Source: Macrostomum lignano
Lineage: Eukaryota
Length of the DNA: 64,000 nt
NCBI GenBank assembly: GCA_002269645.1
Contig: NIVC01000225.1
Location: 474,416-538,415 of the forward strand
Direction of reading: 5' to 3'
The notes under the pieces were generated by a model. The model worked only from the letters and a program-made list of their open reading frames with translations, did not search any database and was not told the DNA's origin. Positions 15,906-53,334 of this stretch are shown piece after piece (within the stretch, counting starts at the first letter, position 1; every line of letters begins with the position of its first letter). A program made the translations under genes and the position numbers.

Positions 15906-17049
15906 TAAAAGATCATAGCAGCAGCAGCAGCAAGAGACCTGCATATGGTATCATAGCATTTTCAGCATGCACAGCGTGCACTGCAGTTACTATAGCTAGG
16001 TGCGATACTTTAGCGATTAAACACGAAAAAAATCCCCCGAACAACTGTGTGCCCCAATATTCCCGGCCTGCCGGATACGGCGGCGCCTCCATGAAGTTGA
16101 AGAATGACGATGATGAAAGACGCCACACACACGCACACGCACACAGTCTCTCTCTCTCTCTCTCGCTCGTTGCTGACATACCATTAGTGACGCTTGAGGG
16201 GAGAAAGTGGATGTGGGAGGAGCAGTCATTGGGGAGGGGCAGGTTGGGTGGGGGAGTGTTGGGGTGAGGGGCGAAAACTTTGCTTCTGATTTCGTCTTAA
16301 GCGGGCGGCGGGCGCCACAGAATCTGTGGCGCAAAAATCTGACGCAGAACAGAATTGAAGGCCAGAATGAAGAAGGCGATGGTGGTAGGAATCTGGGAAG
16401 AATCACCTAAGAATTCCCCATCACGGCCACTCACGCAAGTCCCGCCTTCTAACACGCTGGCTCCATGCAATTGTTGCGAGGCGGCGGTTGGAAAAAAGAA
16501 GAGAAAAAAATCGCTGAATAAAAAAAAACGAAAAAGAAGAAGACTCTCCTTCAAGAGTAAAGTTTTTCTGAAAGGCGCGTTCCTATACAGCAGGGTTTGC
16601 TACACTTTGTTATAATGGGGAGGGCTGCCTCCTGCCAGGTGAATGGGGGCGGAGGACAAGGAGGGAAAGGCGACAGCGTAGGGGGAGGCTGTAGGTTTTT
16701 TGTGGGTTATAAATAATTTATCCAAAGGCGAGTGACAGCCTTGTGGGGATAGAGGGCAGTGCAACACATAGTGGGCAGGGTTGAGTTAGAACAAGGACTC
16801 AGAATCTGGAGCTAACTACATAATATATATCCAGTGAGCACCCATGGCGCAACGCCTTCGGCAAAACCGTGTCACAATTCTGCCGATTCCGCACTCTCTG
16901 TGGCTTGGGGGTTGGCTCTCGTGGGTGGGTGGGAGAATTCAACCAGTCAGGGGTCGTATTGCTCGAGAGTATTACCGCTCAAGCCAAGGGGGATCTAGTC
17001 TATGGTATTAACAGTATACGGTATTCATTTACAGAGTTTCAAGTTTACA

Positions 17050-17220
17050 CAAGGACTTATTATATAGTAAAGATCTCTGAAACAGGGCCAACTGTTGCCC
17101 AGGTGCCCAAGGTCTGTCAGGCACATAATAAACGAGAGATGCGCTGGAGACCACTCTGACAGAGGTGCTTTAAGCAATACTGGTATCTCACACCTCTGAG
17201 CTTTTTTCTCTCGATCTCCT
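17050..17220 (+). repeat. Dispersed ~170-bp repeat, copy 2
   Basis: Shares GGTGCCCAAGGTCTGTCAGG..ATAATAAACGAGAGATG..CTGACAGAGGTGCTTTA with copy 1. Confidence 0.8.
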
Positions 17221-17590
17221 CTCTCTCATCTCTCGTCTCTCCTCTATCGTACCTTTCAGCTCTCAGTTCTCTCTCTTCACTCACCTCTCTCTCCTCTCTC
17301 CTCTCTCCTTTCTCACCTCTCTCACCTCTCCTCTCTCACCTCTCTCACCTCTCTCACCTCTCCTCTCTCACCTCTCTTTCCTCTCTCACCTCTCTCACCT
17401 CTCTCACCTCTCTCACCTTTCTCACCTCTCTCACCTCTCCTCTCTCACCTCTCTCACCTCTCTCATCTCTCCTCTCTCACCTCTCTCACCTCTCTCATCT
17501 CTCCTCTCTCTCCTCTCTCACCTCTCTCACCTCTCTCACCTCTCTCGCCTCTTTCACCTCTCTCACCTCTCTCACCTCTCACCTCTCTCG
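17215..17590. repeat. CT-rich array (CTCTCTCAC)
   Basis: Direct reading. Confidence 0.9.
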
Positions 17591-18314
17591 CAAATTCTAG
17601 ACCTATAGCTCTTGGGAGAATAGCTGTAACTCCGCATCCAATGTTTTTCCCGTAGCTCAACTAGGGGTAATAGAAGTTTCTGAAGCTTCTGATAGATTCT
17701 GAAGTGCTCAAAAAAGCAATAACCAACAAGGTTGAGTTTTGTATTTGGCCTGTTGCCCACAATCACGGATAGAAGGAAATTTAGTGATAGATTCACACCT
17801 GAGTCATCGCCAGGCTTTAGCCAGGCTTAACGGCCTCGTTAAGTAACAAAGATTGAATTTAAGCGAAAAAATTGAAAGAATTAATCAAAAGCTTTACTTA
17901 TCTTCCCCGCAAACCAAGTCATCCGAATATCGGTTTGTTCACGTCTGCGCGAACTTCCATAGGTTTAGAAGCAGCTATTTATAGCTATGGGAGAAGCCGC
18001 CTTAACCTCTGACTCACTCACCTGATCCCGATGTTCAAAGACGGGGCTTAGATGGGGTTTGGGTTTTAAGCTAAAAAATGTTTTTCTTTTCTTGAGCCGC
18101 CCAGACGCAACAGCGGGTTATCAAAGTCGCGAATCTTTTCTTCTTTTATATTTATCGGCTTCCCTGTTCACGCTTGCGCGATCGGCTTTCTGGCTGGCTG
18201 GCCCTCTGTGTGCCGCTTCCGAACTGCTTATTACAAATGGCTCTGCTCTGACTGGGGGCAGGTCTGGCTTGATAGTCTGGGATGGATTCCTGTCTGCCTT
18301 AGCGTCTGCCTCAG

Positions 18315-18755
18315 TGTCTGTCAATCTGTCCCAGTGTCTGTCCCAGTGTCTGTCCCAGTGTCTGTTCTATTGTCTGTCCTAGTGTCTGTCCCAGTGTCTG
18401 TCCTATTGTCGGTCCTACTGTCTGTCCCAGTGTCTGTCCTATTGTCTGTCCTAGTGTCTGTCCCAGTGTCTGTCCCAGTGTCTGTCCCAGTGTCTGTCCT
18501 AATCTGTCCCAGTGTCTGTCCCAGTGTCTGTCCCAGTGTCTGTTCTATTGTCTGTCCTAGTGTCTGTCCCAGTGTCTGTCCTATTGTCGGTCCTACTGTC
18601 TGTCCCAGTGTCTGTCCTATTGTCTGTCCTAGTGTCTGTCCCAGTGTCTGTCCCAGTGTCTGTCCCAGGTGTCTGTCCCAGTGTCTGTCCCAGTGTCTGT
18701 CCCAGTGTCTGTCCCAGTGTCTGTCCCAGGTGTCTGTCCCAGTGTCTGTCCCAGC
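18315..18755. repeat. 12-bp array (GTGTCTGTCCCA)
   Basis: Direct reading. Confidence 0.9.
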
Positions 18756-20069
18756 GTCTTCTTCTGAGAAGCGCAGCTACTTATTAACTCAGTAAGGCAA
18801 TAGAAGATCCATTAAGATTATCTACATCATTTGTCTCCATCTCAATTTCGTTCACAGCATTTCTGATCACCAATGCTTTTCAAAGTGGCATAAATATTGT
18901 AAAATGTCGCTTTTTCCTTTGACAGAATCTTCTGTTCTCGTTAGTTTTGGCCAGCAACTTTGCCTTCTGATGCCTCATTCAATCTCTCAACCATAAAGCC
19001 TTATATCCCTTGGCAAAGCGTATAGCGGTATCCATTGCTACACAGGTTTGCTTTTCTTTGGGAAAACTAGAATGAACTGTACTAGCAAAAGGAATTGTTG
19101 ACGTTTGAGCAGTGGATTAAAACTTGAATAGACCTGAGCCGATTGAAGTGTGTTTCATCAGACTCAATAGGGAAAATGATCTCATTGCCTCACTGTACGA
19201 GTAGCTTTTGATGACTTCCTCAACTACCCCTACTCTCACTCGTATTTATAGAAACTAGAAACCATGACGTCATCCGCTAATCCGTGGATTTCTAATTGCG
19301 GAATCTGGAGTGGTACTCTTTAAAGGAAACTGTGCACTTCAGTTAGCTCTCCTTAACCCTGGAGTTGGAAAACTCCGGGTGCTCGGGTCCTTTGCGACTT
19401 TACAATAGCAATCCGGCCCTCTCAGGGCTTGTGTCGCTTCTCAGCTCTCTTCTCTCTTATCTCTCCTCTCTCATCTCTTCTCTCCTCTCTCCTTTCCTCT
19501 CTTCTCTCTTCCTCTCTCCTCTTTTCTTCTCTGCTCTCCTTTCATCTATACTCTTATCTACGTGCTCGTATCATTTCCATCTCTTATCCCATCTCTCATC
19601 TCATCTCCTATCCTCTCTCACCTGGGCCGCAGCCATCAACTGGATTATTTATTTGACCAATAAGGCAAAGATTATTGCTTACCCTGCCCCAACTTGTCAA
19701 TCTAATGGAAGTCATGGGAACTCTTCGAACTATAAGTATCTTATGATAATTAATAATAGTCTATAAGGTATAGGGTAAATCAATTAACGGGCCAACACAC
19801 GACTGACCGAAACCGCGAAACTTCTGCCTTACTGACTTTAACAAAATAACACCATAGGAAAGTTATACAAATCTGAATTTCTCCTAACCTGAGGGTCGTT
19901 TCTGTGATTGAAGGCTGGATTTCTATTTTGCAGCACTGGAGAAATCCTACGTTATTTTATATGCCATCGAACTGTAAGGCTGGGGATGTACCTTTTTGCA
20001 CTTTTAGCACTCAGTTTTAGGCGAGAAATTATCATTTGCAAAGCAATCATATGTGCACTGCTTCTTTAG

Positions 20070-20340
20070 AAAAATCCCGATCCCAAATCCCGATCCCAAT
20101 CTCGATCCCGAATCCGGATCCCGAATCCCGATCCCAAATCCCAATCCCGAATCCCGATCACAAAATCCCTGACAACAAAATCCCCGACCAAAAAATACCC
20201 GATCCCAAATCCGGATCCCGAATCCCGATCCCAAATCTCGATCCCAAATCCCGATAACAAATCCCGATCCCGAATCCCGATCCCAAATCCCGATCCCAAA
20301 TCCCGATCCCGAATCCCGATCCCAAATCCCGATCCAAAAA
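20070..20340. repeat. Array of ATCCCG/ATCCCAA units next to an acceptor
   Basis: Direct reading. Confidence 0.9.
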
Positions 20341-20393
20341 ATAGAATCCAGAAGCGGCGCTAAAATCCCATATCCCCATTCCGCATCCCGCAG

Positions 20394-33280
<12,887 letters not shown>

Positions 33281-33904
33281 CACACAGCGTGATTAAGTGG
33301 AACCTGTTGAGATCTGACCTGACTCAAGATGCTTCTTGTTTTCTGCGCCTAGATATGAAACAGTCTCCATGCTTTTGAAAATCCGCGAGGTTGTTCCCAA
33401 ATTGAATTTTAAATCTGTGCACAATGGCTTGCAGATCAACTGTAATCTGCTTAGAACTATCGTCTGTTGTTTAGCGATCTACAATAGCTCGTGAATGCAA
33501 TTGTTGTAATCTTCATTCGCATACAATTATACTATAAAAACTACTGCCGATTATTGCATATCATGCTGTCATGTCCCAATCGCACTACTCACTGTCAGTT
33601 GCTCAGTAGTATAATTCTAGTAATATTTATTCATTACCGTATGCAATAGATAATTCGATCACAACTTTAGAAAAGTACGAGTATTTGTTTTATTTCTAAA
33701 AAAATTGACACTGAAACAGGATGAACTTGTATAAATAAATTGTTGCAATGACTTTTCTACCGCTCTGACTTTTTAGAATAATAACCGAATTCCCAACAAA
33801 TGACTGTATAAATCTTGAATACGAAATTTTTAACAACTAAATAGTAAATTTCAGTCTTTTCCTTTAAAAATTGTACTTCCTCCATTTCCTCTGCTCGCGT
33901 ATCC

Positions 33905-35635
33905 ATTCTATCCTCTCCCCTCCTCTCCCCTCCTCTCTCTCCTCTCCTCTCCTCTCCTCTCCTCTCCTCTCCTCTCCTCTCCTCTCCTCTCCTCTCCTCC
34001 CTTCTCTTCTCCTCTCCTCTCCTCTCCTCTCTTCTCTTCTCCTCTCCTCTCCTCTCCTCTCCCCTCCTCTCCCCTCCTCTCCTCTCCTCTCCTCTCCTCT
34101 CCTCTCCTCTCCTCTCTTCTCTTCTCCTCTCCTCTCCTCTCCTCTCCTCTCCTCTCCTCCCTTCTCTTCTCCTCTCCTCTCCTCTCCTCTCTTCTCTTCT
34201 CCTCTCCTCTCCTCTCCTCTCCCCTCCTCTCCCCTCCCCTCCTCTCCCCTCCTCTCCTCTCCTCTCCTCTCCTCTCCTCTCCTCTCCTCTCCTCTCCTCT
34301 CCTCTCCTCTCTTCTCTTCTCCTCTCCTCTCCTCTCCTCTCCTCTCCTCTCCTCTCCTCTCCTCCCTTCTCTTCTCCTCTCCTCTCCTCTCCTCTCTTCT
34401 CTTCTCCTCTCCTCGCCTCTCCTCTCCTCTCCCCTCCTCTCCCCTCCCCTCCTCTCCCCTCCTCTCCTCTCCTCTCCTCTCCTCTCCTCTCCTCTCCTCT
34501 CCTCTCCTCTCCTCTCCTCTCTTCTCCTCTCCTCTCCTCTCCTCCCTTCTCCTCTCCTCTCCTCTCCTCTCCTCCCTTCTCTTCTCCTCTCCTCGCCTCT
34601 CCTCGCCTCTCCTCTCCTCTCCTCTCCTCTCCTCTCCTCTCCTCCCTTCTCTTCTCCTCTCCTCTCCTCTCCTCTCCTCTCCTCTCTTCTCTTCTCCTCT
34701 CCTCTCCTCTCCTCTCCTCTCCTCTCCTCCCTTCTCTTCTCCTCTCCTCTCCTCTCCTCTCTTCTCTTCTCCTCTCCTCTCCTCTCCTCTCCCTCCTCTC
34801 CCTCCCCTCCTCTCCCCTCCTCTCCTCTCCTCTCCTCTCCTCTCCTCTCCTCTCCTCTCCTCTCCTCTCCTCTCCTCTCTTCTCTTCTCCTCTCCTCTCC
34901 TCTCCTCTCCTCTCCTCTCCTCTCCTCTCCTCCCTTCTCTTCTCCTCTCCTCTCCTCTCCTCTCTTCTCTTCTCCTCTCCTCGCCTCTCCTCTCCTCTCC
35001 CCTCCTCTCCCCTCCCCTCCTCTCCCCTCCTCTCCTCTCCTCTCCTCTCCTCTCCTCTCCTCTCCTCTCCTCTCCTCTCCTCTCCTCTCCTCTCTTCTCC
35101 TCTCCTCTCCTCTCCTCCCTTCTCCTCTCCTCTCCTCTCCTCTCCTCCCTTCTCTTCTCCTCTCCTCGCCTCTCCTCGCCTCTCCTCTCCTCTCCTCTCC
35201 TCTCCTCTCCTCTCCTCCCTTCTCTTCTCCTCTCCTCTCCTCTCCTCTCCTCACTTCTTTTCTCCTCTCCTCTCCTCTCCTCTCCTCTCCTCTCCTCTCC
35301 TCTCCTCTCCTCTCCTCTCCTCTCCTCTCCTCTCCTCTCCTCTCCTCTCCTCCCTTCTCTTCTCCTCTCCTCTCCTCTCCTCCCTTCTCTTCTCCTCTCC
35401 TCGCCTCTCCTCTCCTCTCCTCTCCTCTCCTCTCCTCTCCTCTCCTCTCCTCTCCTCTCCTCTCCTCTCCTCTCCTCTCCTCTCCTCTCCTCTCCTCTCC
35501 TCTCCTCTCCTCTCCTCTCCTCTCCTCTCCTCTCCTCCCTTCTTTTCTCCTCTCCTCTCCTCTCCTCTCCTCTCCTCTCCTCTCCTCTCCTCTCCTCCCT
35601 TCTTTTCTCCTCTCCTCTCCTCTCATTTCTTTTCC
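33905..35635. repeat. (CCTCT)n polypyrimidine array, about 1.7 kb
   Basis: Direct reading. Confidence 0.97.
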
Positions 35636-37484
35636 TCAATTATCCTCTTCTGTCCTCTCTTCTCCACTTACCCTCCTCTCCCCACCTGCCTCTCATCCCT
35701 TATCTCGTTAACAAATAAACCGCTGACATTCAGTAATTCACAATCGCACCAGCTGCGCACCTGTAGGGAACAGGTACACGGCTCCACCTTCGCAATAAAA
35801 AGATTTTAATCATATGCCAATAATTCATTCCGAATTTCATCTCTAGCGATGCAGACACATAGCTACACCTTGACCCACATCTCTATAGGCAGATGGCCCA
35901 GGCTAGATAAAGAACGCGATCTTACAGTGCAGTTTGCTTAAAACTTTGATTACAGCAGCCCCTATGCGCGTACAGCTCGTGATTATAATTCTCGCAAAGC
36001 AACACAAGCCTCTGTTTAGATCGGCTCTGATTTAACCAATTGGCTTTTCAGATCAGAGATAAAGCTCAAAGCCGCTGCTGCTATGCAAAATCCACACTAA
36101 ATCTGGGGGTGGGGGCATATTTGCACAGTTTAAACAAATGATTCATAAGCGCGGCAGTTCAATAGGGTAATGGGGGCAGGAGATTGCGGTCGCAGTATGT
36201 TCTCTGACGTCACGAAGGTATTACCGGCATTCATACTTTTGTTTAACTTTTCGCTCTGTTCAATCTGAATCTGGAAACTTCTGCATATAGTAACTATGCT
36301 AAGTGCCAGGGACCTTTGGAATTTAGATTTACTTGACTGGGAGCAGATCTGCCAAAATTGTTTATTAAATGCCTTTTTTAATTTCCAAACTATTTTATTT
36401 TTGTTATACTCGTACTAGCTATATTTTCGGTTAATTTGTTCTGCAATCAGCTTTTGAAAATTATGTTTGATTAAAATCCTAAAATATTTTGAAAAAAAAC
36501 GAAGAAATGAAGTAAAATAAAATATTTATGAAATCATCAATAAATATGAATTTAAAAAGTACAAAAATGCAGAAAATCAAGTTGCAAATTGCTGCTATTT
36601 ATTTTTATTTTTACTATTTTACGATGATTCGTTTGATAATTGAATGCATTAAAAGAATTAACCAGTTGTCCAAGCACAAATATACATAGTTACGAGTATA
36701 TTTTTCAATAGTTTGGCAGAGGCTATTCGTACTTTATAAAAGCCGAAAAATCGAGATATAAAAATCTAAAAAATCTTTAAAAAACAAAGTTTTTGACAAG
36801 CGGTTTGAAAAGGATTTGTATACTATCTAGCTTTTGTTTTAACCTAACGATGTTTACCATGGGCCTATCGTACAAATAATATACTACGAAAATGCACCAA
36901 TGAAAACTAAATACTAACAATTCCTCCGCGCCCTACAACGATTTAAACAAAAATGAACTACGCTAACAAATTAACAAATTTAAAGCATATACTGTACCGT
37001 TCCCAACCAGTTTGTGTGTCAAAATCGATCTTGCGTGTCGCGTTGTGTGTGGGCACCTGCTGGCACCTGCCAGGACAAAACGAGATCATGTAGGCTGGAA
37101 GCGCCCTACAGATGGTCCCTTGATCCAGGAACAGTGCAACGTCCGACATTAATATTATTTGAACATATTATAAACACTGGCAGCTTAGATAGCAGTTCAG
37201 ATAGCTTCCATGCCCACCTCTCAAACGGCAGCGGGCAAGCATTTTAGAAGCCAAGCTAAAAGCTTCTGCGGGAAAAAGAACACTGGCTGATACTGGCAAC
37301 CCTGCGAGCCCCGTATTATAAACACAAGCCTGGAATTTCTGCCAGAAAAACTGCAGTTAAAACGATTCAACCACTTGAATAAGTCCCTTTTTAATTGGGT
37401 TTGCAAAATCAAAACTTCCTACAAAAAATTGCAAGCGCAAAGTTGGCAAATATAGTTGGGAATTATCTGGGTTTTTCTGCGCGC

Positions 37485-37980
37485 CCTAGAACCCGAATCT
37501 GTGCGAAATAGAACCCGAATCTGTGCGAAATAGAACCCGAATTTGCGCAAAATAGAACCCGAATCTGAGCGAAATAGAACCCGAATCTGAGCGAAATAGA
37601 ACCCAAATCTGAGCGAAATAGAACCCGAATCTGAGCAAAATAGAACCCGAATATGTGCGAAATAGAATTCGAATCTGGGGGAAATAGAACCCGAATCTGC
37701 GGGAAATAGAACCCGAATCTGCGGGAAACAGAACCCGAATCTGCGGGAAATAGAACCCGAATCTGCGGGAAACAGAATCCGAATCTGCGGGAAATAGAAT
37801 CCGAATCTGCGGGAAATAGAATCCGAATCTGCGGGAAATAGAATCCGAATCTGCGGGAAATAGAATCCGAATCTGCGGGAAATAGAACCCGAATTTTCGC
37901 GCCCTAGAGCCTGAATCTGGGCACCCTAGAGCCTGAATCTGCGCGCCCTAAAGCCTGAATCTGCGCGCCCTAGAACCTGA
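37485..37980. repeat. 22-bp minisatellite (GAAATAGAACCCGAATCTG..)
   Basis: Direct reading. Confidence 0.93.
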
Positions 37981-38679
37981 TTATTTTCCTAATTGATAAG
38001 CGCAATACCATAGCTTTCTGCGAAATGTCTCGCGAGGCCCAAAGCAGACAGATCTGTCCAAACATTCGAAGCAATGCTTTGAGGTGAAATCTTCTCGCTA
38101 ATAAATGTTGCCACATACAGTCACGTGCTTTGGTCAGTTTTTCCCGAAAAGTATGGAAAGCCAAATATTGAATCGAATCTGTTGCGACCCGAAGTCGTGC
38201 CGGAATTCAACCCAGGGATTTTTGTTTTGCTTGTGCTTTTTCGATTTTTCTTCAAAAACTGATTTCATTTTGTCGCTTTTGCTTTGGTTTGATCAGTGGG
38301 AGCTGGGATTTTCTAAGAAACTAGAATAGAGAGTAGTTAACAGAGATTTCGAGGAAATCATTTATCTCGGTGTACAGAAAATGCATTAGCATATATTAAT
38401 AAATTTAGTTTTCTGAACTCTTCTGAAACTCTGCCACACCTGGCTTTAACTACCCCGTCTGCTTACCCGGCTGGGTTGCTCTTTGATGGCACTTGGGGTG
38501 TCCGGTTTCTGTCGCGTGCGATCTTCTTAACCTCCGTCTTTGCCTGTCCATGGACGTTTAAACAGAAAAGAACCTGGAACAAGAGACTCCTAAATTTGAA
38601 TGAATTTGCAGAGTAATACCAATTACTTCGTACTTGTCAACGCTGCCTCAGTTATCAAGATGTCTTAGGTGGGCGTCCT

Positions 38680-39060
38680 GTCTGTTGGTGGGCGCCCCTA
38701 TCTCTTGGTGAGCACCCCTGTCTCTTGGTGGTTGTCCCTGTCTCTTGGTGAGCGCCACTGTCTCTTGGTGAGCGCTCCTGTCTCTTGGTGAGTGCCCCTG
38801 TCTCTTGGTGAGCGCCCCTGTCTCTTGGTGAGTGCCCCTGTCTGTTGGTGAGCGCCCCTGTCTCTTGGTGGGTGTCCCTGTCTGTTGGTGAGCGCCCCTG
38901 TCTCTTGGTGAGCGCTCCTGTCTCTTGGTGAGTGCCCCTGTCTCTTGGTGAGCGCCCCTGTCTCTTGGTGAGTGCCCCTGTCTGTTGGTGAGCGCCCCTG
39001 TCTCTTGGTGGGTGTCCCTGTCTCTTGGTGAGCGCCCCTGTCTCTTGGTGGGAGTCCCTA
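38680..39060. repeat. 20-bp minisatellite (TGTCTCTTGGTGAGCGCCCC)
   Basis: Direct reading; same family as 45265-46060. Confidence 0.93.
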
Positions 39061-39785
39061 TTCCCTTTGGCCACTGGACACCACCTTCCAGAGGTGTCAA
39101 ACGTCGTTGAGTTTCTATCATTCGTCAGACTATCAGTGTTCTTCAACAGCAGACTATCATAAATATCTAGAAGAATTAAAGTTGCACTTTTTCCTATAAC
39201 TACAAAGTTTTAATCCTCATACTACGAAATTTCGAGACCTTGGTACCCGCAGTACTATCTAGATTAATTGAAATTCTAGTTGTTTACTCTTATTTAAACA
39301 TGCAGAAATTGTGTTGCCACTCAATTATCAGTTTCCAGTTCAGGTCTCTTCTAATTTGCAGCGTCCATGGTCTCTCTCTGTCTCCCTTCCCCATAGCTTC
39401 CCTCTGCTAATGGTTCAGCTTTGATTAATCATGAAGTCGTAAATCGCGAATTGAAAAGGAAGGAGCAGCGCAGGTTATCAAGTTTCTGCACTCCAGATAG
39501 CCAGAGAGAGAGAGAGAGAGAGAGAAAGATAGAGAGATAGGAACTAGTCTAATTTCAACCCAACTGCTTGGTTATCAACGATTAGCAAATAATAAAAGCC
39601 AGCCAATGAAATCTCTGGCCTGGACCAAATAAAAAGCAGTATTCGCGATAACGGATCGTCTCCAACCCCCTCCGCTAACTAACACTTGAGACACAAGAAG
39701 ATACGAGCGTACTATGCAAGGAAGCACCCGTTCCTTTTATTGAAATACTGCACTGACTTATACTGCACTTAACAGCAAAAGCCAG

Positions 39786-50763
<10,978 letters not shown>

Positions 50764-50803
50764 TCAGCCTAAAAGCGGAAAAGCACGTTGAAACAAAGGT
50801 TGC

Positions 50804-50809
50804 AATAAA
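50804..50809 (+). terminator. Candidate poly(A) signal of the SLC6 gene
   Basis: AATAAA 41 nt after the stop codon. Confidence 0.5.
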
Positions 50810-51764
50810 GTTTGAGAAGATCCAGCGCAGCTGATAAAATCAACAGGACATTTTGATCTCTGTGTAAAAATACTTATGCTATTTAAACAAGACGATGCTA
50901 TCCAAGTTTATATATTACTATATAACCCAATGCACAATTGAGGTTCAGTAAGTCAAGAAACCGACTGTCTAGTTAGTACGAGTACATGACTTCCCTATAG
51001 CACTTATTAATTAGCATATTTATAGAACTTCACAGTGTATTTCTCATGCACATCTATTCGATAATTTCAATTAAAGTTAGTTTATTAAAATATAAAGATA
51101 AATCCCCAAAAAACCACCGTTTACCCGTACATACTAACGTTACTACTCAGTTGACTGAATGCAGCACAGTAGTAAAGAAAGAACGCATAACAAATTTTCA
51201 TTTTTTTAATAACGCGACAAAAAGCGAAAAAAATAAATATTTATTTTGTGTTAAGACTTGCCATCAGTAGAGTTCGAATACAGTTAATGGAACGAGTTCA
51301 AAAAACCAGTGTTTCATATATGAAACAAATTATATTATATATTATTCACTATATCAACTGTTAATAGCGTTGGCGTTTAATAAACAAGCACAAAATATAA
51401 TAAAATATACACTTTCTGGTAAGTACACTCAGTACTAGTGTTTACGGAACAACAAATAACAGTATTAAACGCACACATATATATAATTGATCCACTGAGA
51501 AAAATGAACAAATATCACATAAAAAATTCTTTCTATTCAAAATACATGTCATGAATTTATAAATGAAAAAACTACACCAATTTTGTTTTTTACTTGTTTC
51601 CACAACAGAATATAAACGAGTGTCTATTGCATTATTAAAGAAAATCGTAGTTAGGAACCGAAACCTTTAAATTTGTTCTATAAGAAAGTTGGGCCTCAAA
51701 AGTAAGCGCAGTTGAATAACGTTCAAGAAGAAATTTTAAATGAGCTTGTACTGAGGACAGAGGT

Positions 51765-52235
51765 TTGACTGGGAGCGGGTGTACATTGTTGGGGGTGGGG
51801 TAGGGTTTATTAATGTTTGACTGGGAGCGGGTGTACGAGCTACATTGTGGGGAGTGGGGGTAGGGTTTATTGAGGTTTGACTGGGAGCGGGTGTACATTG
51901 TTGGGGGTGGGGTAGGGTTTATTGAGGTTTGACTGGGAGCGGGTGTACATTGTTGGGGGTGGGGTAGGGTTTATTGAGGTTGGACTGGGAGCGGGTGTAC
52001 ATTGTTGGGGGTGGGGTAGGGTTTATTGAGGTTGGACTGGGAGCGGGTGTACATTGTGGGGGTGGGGTAGGGTTTATTGAGGTTGGACTGGGAGCGGGTG
52101 TACATTGTGGGGGTGGGGTAGGGTTTATTGAGGTTTGATTGGGAGCGGGTGTACATTGTGGGGGTGGGGTAGGGTTTATTGAGGTTTGATTGGGAGCGGG
52201 TGTACATTGTGGGGGTGGGGGTAGGGTTTGCCGAG
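51765..52235. repeat. 51-52-bp G-rich tandem repeat, about 9 copies
   Basis: Direct reading. Confidence 0.93.
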
Positions 52236-53123
52236 GCATGGCTGGGAGCTAGTGTACATCAAGACGTTAAAAACGTATGCTCTGACCTTCAAAAGCCATG
52301 CAAAAGTATATGATCAATCAAAGGTAAATTTTTTTTGTGTTTGTGGCTGTAACAATGAGATAAAAGTTAAATTGACCATAATTTGCTGAAATAATATTAA
52401 AATAAAAATTCTTGTCACTAAACAAAAACTGACAAGCACAAAGTTAGCACAAGTTGGCACACTGACACCAATATGGAATTAAAATGAACTATAACGTACG
52501 ACGTAATTCGAATTTTAAGTCTCACTAAATACTTTTTAAAAAACAATGAACACATCAGTAGTGTAAACCGCAGTTTGGCAAGGAAAAATCTATCATTGTT
52601 AGTTACTTGTACATAGTGAACTTATTTTGCTATCGGAATAAATATCATGGTCAAGGTCATGCCAGTTGAATAATACTAGACAATTGGACAAAAAATTAAG
52701 CAAGGAAAATACACTCAATGAAAACACACCTAGCGACCAAAAAGGACAAAAAGACCACTTACAAAAAGACCGCACAATATAAAGGAAGCAAACAAAAATT
52801 GGTAACGAAACCAGAGGACAATTGGAAGACAGGAACTGCAAAAAACACAACGAAAAGGAAATTAAAAAGTCGCCTCAATGTGTACTAGCCTACTTACTGA
52901 GGGGCACAAGTAGCGTAGATCGAGTAAGAGTATATAATGGATTAAATAGAAATATTAATAGACGAGCTGGCACTAAAATAACGCAGAAATTGTTGTTACG
53001 CCAGAGAATAACCACAGACAGAACTCAGAATTGGGATCCAACAACCTGAAGACTAACATTATTGGTATATTAATATTATAATAATACACTCAGTAACGAG
53101 CAAAGTTATCATAATTGAGGTAT

Positions 53124-53301
53124 TCAACAAGCGCAACCAGATTGCTTCCCAGAGCCGACGTTTCTCTTGTTGCTGCGTTTAATTGGCAGCTGGCTTTTGT
53201 CTACAGACTGTTCGATGCGCAGCATGACCAGATCCAGCAGCTTCTCAACAGCATCTGTCACCTTATAGCCAGTGGCGGCGCTGGTCTCCACGTACGGGAT
53301 G
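53124..53301 (-). CDS. Rab27: Rab27 exon 3 (IPYVETSA..ending SGCAC*, CxC prenylation motif)
   Basis: ttcctgcgcag acceptor, phase 2; ETSA (G5 box); IEQSVDKS matches Rab27. Confidence 0.93.
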
Positions 53302-53334
53302 CTGCGCAGGAATAGACAAGATATTGGTGCGTTT

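Noticed and set aside
16000-16640. GC-rich promoter / first exon of the Ig gene with a donor at 16639
   Set aside because: The ATG-initiated peptide is short, not hydrophobic and in phase 0; may be 5' UTR but cannot be supported.
33864-35718. Roughly 600-aa ERRGE / SSPLL ORFs
   Set aside because: Translation of (CCTCT)n, which cannot contain stop codons.
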